This document shows, in pieces, positions 24,383 through 30,776 of a DNA stretch of 43,151 nucleotides. Position 1 is the first letter of the stretch. Every line of letters starts with the position of its first letter. Source of the DNA: Deltaproteobacteria bacterium (GTDB lineage Bacteria; JAUYMQ01); the NCBI GenBank assembly GCA_030698575.1, contig JAUYMQ010000519.1, forward strand, positions 1-43,151, given 5' to 3'. The translations under genes and the position numbers were made by a program. The notes under the pieces were generated by a model. It made no database searches, was not told the origin of the DNA, and was given only the letters and a program-made list of their open reading frames with translations.

Positions 24383-24418
24383 CGGTAAATGGAATCATGT
24401 ATATAATTCCCAATTATT

Positions 24419-24468
24419 TGGTAGGCGGTGGGGGACTCGAACCCCCGACCAACGGATTAAAAGTCAGG
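24419..24468 (-). other. tRNA 3-prime-half-like segment (anticodon-loop-like, T-arm, acceptor 3-prime strand, CCA); putative attP core
   Basis: The minus strand reads ..CTTTTAATCCGTTGGTCGGGGGTTCGAGTCCCCCACCGCCTACCA. The T-arm is GGGGG-TTCGAGT-CCCCC. No matching 5-prime acceptor strand (AGGCGGT) or D-arm lies upstream. The integrase gene is about 0.9 kb away. Confidence 0.7.
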
Positions 24469-24600
24469 TGTTGTGCTTTCCGCATCAACCACTTGCGAAA
24501 GGGCTTGCGGAGAAAGTGATATTGCGTTACGGTAGTAACTGCGTGTTGTGAAAAGCAAAACGGTGAAATCGAAAAACTGCTACCCAGGAGCGACCTGACC

Positions 24601-24903
24601 ATGAAAACGGAATGGATTAGTACGAGAAAACAAATGCCCGCGCCCGGTCAGTTTGTGTTGGCCTACGGTGACGCTTGTGAAGGGAGTTATATGATTGACA
24701 AACCCAATAACCTAGGCCCACTATCTGGCCGACAGGCCGGTATCGAAGCCGCTTACTTGCGCTTGCGTGGCTTCGCTTTCTTCTTCGCCAGCTCCGTCCG
24801 TTCCTTGGGCGGTGTGGCGAGCATCCGCCGTGCCAGTTCTTCCAAAGACATGGGTGGCTGCTGTGGCTTGGGGTTAGCGGTCATGGGGGGGTCCTGTGGC
24901 TAA
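24601..24903 (+). CDS. Possible DUF551-like remnant ORF (only the first ~35 aa look protein-like)
   Basis: ORF track. AGGAG lies 10 nt upstream. The N-terminus (MKTEWISTRKQMPAPGQFVLAYGD) resembles DUF551 starts. The remainder is Cys/Gly/Ser-rich and is antisense to a plausible small ORF. Confidence 0.3.
   Translation: MKTEWISTRKQMPAPGQFVLAYGDACEGSYMIDKPNNLGPLSGRQAGIEAAYLRLRGFAFFFASSVRSLGGVASIRRASSSKDMGGCCGLGLAVMGGSCG
24753..24884 (-). CDS. Possible 43-aa basic-tailed protein
   Basis: Hand translation gives MTANPKPQQPPMSLEELARRMLATPPKERTELAKKKAKPRKRK. It looks more protein-like than the overlapping plus-frame text. The SD is weak. Confidence 0.3.
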   Translation of the reverse strand: MTANPKPQQPPMSLEELARRMLATPPKERTELAKKKAKPRKRK

Positions 24904-25159
24904 CGATAAATCAATCGAAGCTATTGCGACCGAAATAAATAACGCGGCCAATGATGCCCTATGCGGCATGTTGGACATTGAGGGCGGTGTCATGGCTACG
25001 GATTGGACGTCAACGAGGGTGGCACTTGGTGTATTACGAGTTTTGGCGCGTTATGAACTTGGAAATCCTGAAGTGCTTGAGAGAGTGATGCAATCCTGTC
25101 AACAACCTTTTGCACATCTTGAGGAGTTAGATCGCATGCTTCCCGGAAAGCATTCTTAG
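24896..25159 (+). CDS. Hypothetical protein (87 aa) in the low-GC att-proximal region
   Basis: ORF track (GTG start). An overlapping minus-strand ORF (24996..25484) is an alternative. I could not tell the two apart. Confidence 0.3.
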   Translation: MANDKSIEAIATEINNAANDALCGMLDIEGGVMATDWTSTRVALGVLRVLARYELGNPEVLERVMQSCQQPFAHLEELDRMLPGKHS

Positions 25160-25383
25160 TATTCCCGTGCAGCGTATTCGGAAATCTATGGAGAGCATGC
25201 TTATCATTCCCTGCGGCCCACGTAGCGTGAATGTATGCATTTCTCTCGTGGCTCGCCGGGAAGCACGGAAGGCGCATCGCGACATGCTGCTGTTCGGGAC
25301 GGGCGTCGTGTGGTGCCCTAATGACGGTGGCGATCCAAAGCACATCCCAATCGAGGAATTTCAGTGGCCGGTCGGGGTGTCCC

Positions 25384-26526
25384 GTGGCGACTAAAACACT
25401 GACGGACTCCGCGATCAAGGCGCTTTCACCAGGAGAAACGGTATGGGACAAGGCGGTGGCGGGGCTGCACGTGCGCGCCAGCAAGACGGCGAAAAGTTTC
25501 TACCTCTTTTTCCGCACCAAGGCGGGCGTCTCGAGGCGGCCGAAGCTGGGTGGCACCCGTATCTTGACCATCGCGCAAGCGCGCGAGATCGCCCGGGCGC
25601 ACCTGGCAGCGGTGTCGGCCGGCCAGGATCCGGTGGCGGAACAACGGCAATCTCGGGGCGAGCCGACGGTATCGGTGTTTTTCGAGAGGTGCTGGCGTGA
25701 GCACTGGTCGTGCAAGAAGGATGCTCGGAATGTACGACGACTCTACGAGAGTCGTGTTGCCCCCCGGCTCGGTCATCAACGAGTGCGTGAACTATGTTAC
25801 CGCGACATCGCTGGGCTTCATTCTGCGCTTGCAGCTACCCCCGTCGAGGCCAACCGGACTCTTGCTTTGCTCAGCAAACTGCTCAATCTGGCCGAGCGAT
25901 ACGGTGAACGAAATCTTGGTACAAATCCCTGCCGACATGTACCCCGATACCCTGAACTGAGCCGGCGGCGCTTCGCCACGGTCGACGAGCTCGCCCGTCT
26001 CGGTCCCCTGCTCGACGCATCGTGGGCTGTCCTGCCCGATTCCGTGGCCTTCATCGGCCTTATGGTGTTCACAGGGATGCGCCCGGGCGAGGTGGAGGCG
26101 GGCCGGCGGGAGTGGATTCACGACACCATCCTGCGCCTTCCCGACAGCAAAACAGGGCAGCGCGACATATACCTGCCCCCACAAGCCTTAGCGATTCTCG
26201 AGCGGTTGCCGGCGCCACCCAAAGCGCCTGACGGGTTGATCCCGCTGGTGGGCGTCAAATATCCCCGGACGCTGTGGGAACGGTTAAGGGACGCAGCAAA
26301 GTGCCCGGATTTGCGGCTATACGACCTGCGGCGCACCTTCGCCACGGTGAGCCTGGCCGGGGGCACATCCATCAGTCTGATCGGGGAAATGCTGGGGCAC
26401 AAGACGGCCCAAACCACGAAGGTCTATGCGCGCCTCATGAGTCAGGCAGCACAGGGGGTGGCGGCGGACACCGGGCAGCGGATGCAGGGACTACTTGGCG
26501 GCCCAGATAAACCCGACATTGGCTAG
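25384..26526 (+). CDS. int: Tyrosine integrase (P4-like)
   Basis: Track ORF 25231..26526, taking the GTG at 25384 (VATKTLTDSAIKALSPGE.. matches the usual N-terminus). Catalytic-region motifs: FTGMRPGE, LYDLRRTFAT and LGHKTAQTTKVYARL. Confidence 0.88.
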   Translation: MATKTLTDSAIKALSPGETVWDKAVAGLHVRASKTAKSFYLFFRTKAGVSRRPKLGGTRILTIAQAREIARAHLAAVSAGQDPVAEQRQSRGEPTVSVFFERCWREHWSCKKDARNVRRLYESRVAPRLGHQRVRELCYRDIAGLHSALAATPVEANRTLALLSKLLNLAERYGERNLGTNPCRHVPRYPELSRRRFATVDELARLGPLLDASWAVLPDSVAFIGLMVFTGMRPGEVEAGRREWIHDTILRLPDSKTGQRDIYLPPQALAILERLPAPPKAPDGLIPLVGVKYPRTLWERLRDAAKCPDLRLYDLRRTFATVSLAGGTSISLIGEMLGHKTAQTTKVYARLMSQAAQGVAADTGQRMQGLLGGPDKPDIG

Positions 26527-26634
26527 GGCGTAGGCCGCGAACACCAGCGCCATGCCCGGGTTGTCGTGGCTCAGGTAGCGCGCCCCGACGCTGAGGTATA
26601 GCACCCCCGCAAGGGCGAGCTCCCACGGCGTCAT
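26491..26634 (-). CDS. Small two-helix membrane protein (47 aa), last gene of the late operon
   Basis: Hand translation gives MTPWELALAGVLYLSVGARYLSHDNPGMALVFAAYALANVGFIWAAK. GC3 is very high. An ATGA overlap joins it to the upstream lipoprotein ORF. It overlaps the integrase 3-prime end convergently by 36 nt. Confidence 0.6.
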   Translation of the reverse strand: MTPWELALAGVLYLSVGARYLSHDNPGMALVFAAYALANVGFIWAAK

Positions 26635-26750
26635 AGGTCAGCGGCCACGCACACCTGCACAGGGCCGGTGACAGTCACGGTCGTAATGTGCGTGACAGTG
26701 ACGCAGCCGGATAGCAGCAGGATACTACAGAGCGTAGCGATCGATTTCAC
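26631..26750 (-). CDS. Mini-lipoprotein (39 aa; lipobox LLSGC), o-spanin-like or exclusion-type candidate
   Basis: Hand translation (GTG start) gives (M)KSIATLCSILLLSGCVTVTHITTVTVTGPVQVCVAADL. It overlaps the end of the hydrolase gene by 26 nt. The SD is weak. Confidence 0.5.
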   Translation of the reverse strand: MKSIATLCSILLLSGCVTVTHITTVTVTGPVQVCVAADL

Positions 26751-27309
26751 GGCGTGCTCGGCTGGCGATCAGTGGGTGCCAGTAGAACTTCTTGGCAAAG
26801 AGGTCGGAGTGCCCGTGGGCGGGGGCTCGACCGCGCCCGCAGTCATAGTTCCGCACGCGCGGGTCATCGCCCGTGTGTCCGCGGGCGCCCATGTCGCCCC
26901 ACAGTTTGTTCAGGAAGTCGGGAATGATTTGCGCCCAACGTACCGCCCGGTCCCCTTTGTTCCAGTACACATGGATCCACTTCAGTTGCGGGGGAAAATT
27001 GATGTCGTGGTCCAGGGCCGGATTGATGAGAATCAGACCCGCGAACATGGCGGCTTCGTAGACCGCTGCCCGGACCAGAACGGTGCAGCCGTTCGAGTGC
27101 CCGCACCCGATGTCCCCGGGCTCGACATGGTCGGCGATGCCCCGGGCGATTACTGGATTACCGAACCACGCGCCAAACAGGCCAATTGTGCCGTAGTCGT
27201 GCTCGAGTGTGCTGAACCCCTCTTCGTTCAGGTAGGGGATGAGCGTATCCGTAGTGCCCGCCCCGCCATCGTGGACATTGAATCCATGCACAAGATGTAC
27301 GGTGGTCAT
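26725..27309 (-). CDS. Alpha/beta-hydrolase (esterase/lipase-like, GHSNG nucleophile elbow)
   Basis: Track ORF 26725..27351, taking the ATG at 27309 (ATGA overlap with the endolysin stop). Motifs seen: VHLVHGF, GCGHSNGC and a C-terminal HGHSDLF. Confidence 0.75.
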   Translation of the reverse strand: MTTVHLVHGFNVHDGGAGTTDTLIPYLNEEGFSTLEHDYGTIGLFGAWFGNPVIARGIADHVEPGDIGCGHSNGCTVLVRAAVYEAAMFAGLILINPALDHDINFPPQLKWIHVYWNKGDRAVRWAQIIPDFLNKLWGDMGARGHTGDDPRVRNYDCGRGRAPAHGHSDLFAKKFYWHPLIASRARREIDRYAL

Positions 27310-27857
27310 GCTTGCGCCTCGCTGGCTATGATGAACAGACGTTTCAGCCACCCCGGTCCGAACACGTCAAAATTCCGGGTGCCGGTGTAGCGCAGCACCC
27401 GCCGGGTCATGAATACGGCGCCGAGCTCCTGCTGCTCCGCGCGGGAGATCGACACCAGAGCGTTGTTGCTCAATACGCCGTCCTGCGGCATGCGGGCGGC
27501 TTGCTGCAACATCTTCACGGCCGGCTCGACCCCCTGGTTCACCGCGCCGTCGAACACGTACAGGGCCAGCGGCCAGGGCAGCATGTCGCAACGGGCGGGC
27601 AGCCAGTACGCCTGAGTCAACCGCTCCCGCGCCTGTGCCAGCGTGGGCTCGCCGTTCTCCCACAAGTCCGGGTGATCCCTGAATGTGACGCCGTAGCAAG
27701 TCTTGCCGCCGGGGTCGCGCGGGTGATCGGCGCATTCCTTTTCGATCACCCGGATAACAATGTCCAAGGCACGTGCCAGAGGCGACTCAGGCACGCCGGT
27801 ATTCCCGGAAAACAAGGTCACGGCGCCTGCTGCGAGAAAGGTGCGGCGAGTCCACAT
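27306..27857 (-). CDS. GH108-type endolysin with an N-terminal Tat-consensus/SAR-like signal
   Basis: Track ORF 27306..28133, taking the ATG at 27857 (TAATG overlap). The N-terminus (MWTRRTFLAAGAVTLFSGNTGV) matches (S/T)RRxFL. RDPGGKTCYGVT and the C-terminal region resemble GH108 plus PG_binding_3 lysozymes. Confidence 0.75.
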   Translation of the reverse strand: MWTRRTFLAAGAVTLFSGNTGVPESPLARALDIVIRVIEKECADHPRDPGGKTCYGVTFRDHPDLWENGEPTLAQARERLTQAYWLPARCDMLPWPLALYVFDGAVNQGVEPAVKMLQQAARMPQDGVLSNNALVSISRAEQQELGAVFMTRRVLRYTGTRNFDVFGPGWLKRLFIIASEAQA

Positions 27858-28183
27858 TAATCGTGCTGGCCACCCAGCAAGTGCAGTACCTCGTGGCCGA
27901 GAATCATCAGCGCACGCCGGTCGTTGAAGTCTTTCGGCTTGGGCGTCACGATCAGGTCGGTGCCACCAGTGGCGCTTTCCAGGTAGCACGCGCTGCCGGC
28001 GCCGCAGTAGCCGTCCGCCCCGACGTTCTCCGTCTCGGTCCAACGCACTTGGAAGCAGGCTTGCTCCTTGTCCGGCGCCCGGTAGAACTTGTAGGGAATG
28101 GCCTCGTCGGCAGCACCCGCAAGAGCGTTCCACAGCAGCATCAGCACCAGAAGGGCGACAATGACCCAGCGGTCGCGGGTCAT
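27857..28183 (-). CDS. Secreted mini metallopeptidase-like protein ending in HEVLHLLGGQHD (HExxHxxGxxH)
   Basis: ORF track, 108 aa. The signal peptide is MTRDRWVIVALLVLMLLWNALAGA|AD. The metzincin-type zinc motif is at the extreme C-terminus. An ATGA overlap joins it to the protease gene. Confidence 0.6.
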   Translation of the reverse strand: MTRDRWVIVALLVLMLLWNALAGAADEAIPYKFYRAPDKEQACFQVRWTETENVGADGYCGAGSACYLESATGGTDLIVTPKPKDFNDRRALMILGHEVLHLLGGQHD

Positions 28184-28905
28184 GGTTTATCTGCGACGGG
28201 ATTCACTCTCATTAAGTACGACTTGTAATTCGCAGGTGTTGCAAAAATTACCGGCAGCCCCACGAACGCTTGATGGGCCGCCACCAAAATCCCGATGATT
28301 TCCCCGGTAGTTTGGTCAATTACCGACGAACCACTGGATCCCGGACTGCCGAAAATCTGTAGCGTGAGATACCCATCCAATCCCGAGCCGGGACGTTCCA
28401 GACGCCCGGACACGATGCCGCTGTAGCGCACCTTTGTTACCCCCAAAGGAAACCCGACGGTGACGATCGGCCGCCCGGGCGCCACATTCGTATCGCTTCC
28501 AAAGCGGAGCACCGATACGTTGAGCGGTTCGTCAACGGCGAAAAACGCCAAGTCCACATCTGGTGTGCCGAACGCTTTTCGATATTTTTGCGGGTCCACT
28601 TCCCAGCGGGGTACACTCCACACTCGCGCGGCGTAGAATTGTTTTCCGTCGAAGCTCACTAGGTACGAAACGTCTTTTTCGACGCAGTGATACGCCGTCA
28701 CAAGTAGGGTTCTGTGTTCAGTTTTTTCCGCGGCTGTGGTCGAACACAAAAATCGCAATGACCCGTTATTCTCCTGTGCGTACAAGGCAGCCACGGCGGG
28801 TGATGTGCGCTCAAACATCGATTCCAGAGACTCGGCGGCCCGCACCATTCCGGCGGCGCCCATCAGCAAAGCTGCGGCGAGAAGCAGTAAGGGTTTGATC
28901 TGCAT
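28180..28905 (-). CDS. Secreted trypsin-like (S1/PF13365-type) serine protease
   Basis: ORF track, 241 aa. The signal peptide is MQIKPLLLLAAALLMGAAGMVRA|AE. Triad context: AYHCV (His), DVDLAFF (Asp) and GSPGSSGSSV (Ser). Confidence 0.8.
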   Translation of the reverse strand: MQIKPLLLLAAALLMGAAGMVRAAESLESMFERTSPAVAALYAQENNGSLRFLCSTTAAEKTEHRTLLVTAYHCVEKDVSYLVSFDGKQFYAARVWSVPRWEVDPQKYRKAFGTPDVDLAFFAVDEPLNVSVLRFGSDTNVAPGRPIVTVGFPLGVTKVRYSGIVSGRLERPGSGLDGYLTLQIFGSPGSSGSSVIDQTTGEIIGILVAAHQAFVGLPVIFATPANYKSYLMRVNPVADKP

Positions 28906-28922
28906 GATGTGATTTCCTCAAG

Positions 28923-30140
28923 TCATCCCGCGAACGAAACCCACGCGGTTTTGGGCGCCGCCCGCTGGCGGTCGACGTACACGGGCATTCGATATGTGAT
29001 TTTATACTTCGGATGCGTAATCCACAAGGCTTGTTGCGGATGCTCGAACGGGAAATTGTAGTTGTAGGCGTACTCGTCATAGCCCTTGAGCGAGCCGTTG
29101 ACAATGAGACGTGTTAAGTGGATGTACTGGTGCCAGTGGCCGCAGATCATCACGTCGAAGTCCATGTCGATCGCCGCGTTGCGGCTCGCCTTCTTGTGGC
29201 TGCCGCGGGTCAGTGGACCCAACGCGCCAATCATGGAATCGCCACCCCGGAACTGGTCGCCATGCGTGAGCAGGTAGCGATGCCCGTAGACACGGTAATA
29301 GGCGTCGGGACCGTCGGGAATGTAAAAGCGAATACGCGCATCGCCTTCGAAGCTCTTGGCGAGGAAACGGTAGAGCAACCAATCGAACGAGGTATGGTGC
29401 CGGTCCTTCGCCCAAATCTTGTGCGTGTCGCGCCCGTGGTTGCCGGTGACGCAGGGCAGAAACACCGAGCCGAAGGCGTTGGCCAACTGCGTGATGACGC
29501 CGCGTAGCACGCCGTACAAGTCCTCAATCGCGGGCATGGAGTTGATCTCGTTGCTGGCGGTGAGTTCTTCGTGGATGTTGCCCGATATCATGTCCCCACC
29601 CAGGGGCACGACGATGCCCGGATAGTCCATCTTCGGGGAGAGGATTTTCAGCAGATGCACCGCGGAATCGACGCAGGTCTGCATGCGCTCGCGGGCAATC
29701 CGTAGATTGTATTGGTTTACCCCGTTGATCTGGCTCGGATGCACTACTTCAGCCCAATGCAGATCCGACAAAAACAGGGTGGGCACACCCGGGCTGCCGT
29801 GCTGCTTGCGTGGGTTGATAATGAACTCCGGCGGGTCCAGATCTTCGACTTTGTGCCGGATATTACCAACAACACCTTTGATGATGTCGATGTCGGCGCT
29901 TTGCTTCTCCTTCGCCCGCAGTGCCGCCTCGAGCCGAGTGATGGTGGATTTGAGTCGCCCGGGACTGTCAGGGCGTTCGATGCCGGAGGCTATGCCCGCT
30001 CGGTTAGCCGCGCGGAGCCGTTCTCTCAAAGTTGAACGGGGGATTTTTATTGCTTTTACGGCAGCGACTTCGGATCCATATTTTGCCACCGCGTCGACAG
30101 CCTCCTGCATCTTCTCGACGGACATGGGGGGTTGTGCCAT
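28923..30140 (-). CDS. Calcineurin-like metallophosphoesterase with an N-terminal HTH-like region
   Basis: ORF track, 405 aa. Motifs seen: LSDLHW, GGDMISGN, GNHG, THGD and GHWH. The N-terminus has IKIPRSTLRERLRAANRAG. AGGAG SD upstream. Confidence 0.8.
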   Translation of the reverse strand: MAQPPMSVEKMQEAVDAVAKYGSEVAAVKAIKIPRSTLRERLRAANRAGIASGIERPDSPGRLKSTITRLEAALRAKEKQSADIDIIKGVVGNIRHKVEDLDPPEFIINPRKQHGSPGVPTLFLSDLHWAEVVHPSQINGVNQYNLRIARERMQTCVDSAVHLLKILSPKMDYPGIVVPLGGDMISGNIHEELTASNEINSMPAIEDLYGVLRGVITQLANAFGSVFLPCVTGNHGRDTHKIWAKDRHHTSFDWLLYRFLAKSFEGDARIRFYIPDGPDAYYRVYGHRYLLTHGDQFRGGDSMIGALGPLTRGSHKKASRNAAIDMDFDVMICGHWHQYIHLTRLIVNGSLKGYDEYAYNYNFPFEHPQQALWITHPKYKITYRMPVYVDRQRAAPKTAWVSFAG

Positions 30141-30154
30141 CAGTGCTCCTGTCG

Positions 30155-30583
30155 TTAGAATTTGATGTTGAACATAGCCATTCCCAGCCGGAGCTCGCCT
30201 TCCTCGCAGCCGGCGTATTCGACCAGCAGATCGACATACTTGCGCACAAACCCGCGCCCGTGGGTGCCGTATCCCATCGCGTGAACCAGCTCGTGCAGCA
30301 GCACGTCGATGGTGTCGTGGCGCAGCCCTTCGTGGGTGTCCGCGCGCCGGGTGATCCTGATCTTGCTGAAGCCAACGCAGTAGGAGTATTTGACCCGCCG
30401 GGTGAAACCCACCGACGGGCAGGGCAAGCCTTTACGCCCGTGCTTCGACCACACGTTCGCAGCGATCGCGCGCAAGTCCTTGAGCGGTCGCGGGCGGAAG
30501 GCGTTATCTTGCATGAACATGCGCTCGAACTTATAAAGGCGTCGGGTCTCGACGCCGCGCAGAATGTTGGGGGCGCGGGGCAT
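30155..30583 (-). CDS. SprT/WLM-like zinc metallopeptidase-like protein (HELVHAMGYGTH)
   Basis: Track ORF 30155..30694, taking the ATG at 30583, 1 nt after the stop of the holin-like ORF. The HExxH plus downstream His pattern is present. Confidence 0.6.
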   Translation of the reverse strand: MPRAPNILRGVETRRLYKFERMFMQDNAFRPRPLKDLRAIAANVWSKHGRKGLPCPSVGFTRRVKYSYCVGFSKIRITRRADTHEGLRHDTIDVLLHELVHAMGYGTHGRGFVRKYVDLLVEYAGCEEGELRLGMAMFNIKF

Positions 30584-30584
30584 G

Positions 30585-30749
30585 CTACCGTCGGCGCCGC
30601 TTCTCGAACCAACTGAAGATTTGCAAACAGCCCCACACGATTGCCACCAGACTTGCGATAGGCGCGAGCCATGACGCCGCGGCGCTGCCACCAATGACCA
30701 GCCAGTTCAACCAGCCCGGTGTGCTGTCAGCAACTTGAGAGATAGTCAT
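30585..30749 (-). CDS. Holin/pinholin-like protein (54 aa, two TM segments, KRRRR tail)
   Basis: Hand translation gives MTISQVADSTPGWLNWLVIGGSAAASWLAPIASLVAIVWGCLQIFSWFEKRRRR. It is the first gene after the tailspike and is below the ORF-track size cutoff. Confidence 0.5.
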   Translation of the reverse strand: MTISQVADSTPGWLNWLVIGGSAAASWLAPIASLVAIVWGCLQIFSWFEKRRRR

Positions 30750-30776
30750 CGTGGCACCAACGAGTTGTGTTGAGCG

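Noticed and set aside
24414-24602. 62-aa minus-strand ORF, and the possibility of a complete tRNA gene
   Set aside because: The ORF simply reads through the tRNA-like fragment. Only the 3-prime half of a tRNA is present: there is no complementary 5-prime acceptor strand or D-arm, and the anticodon stem pairs poorly.
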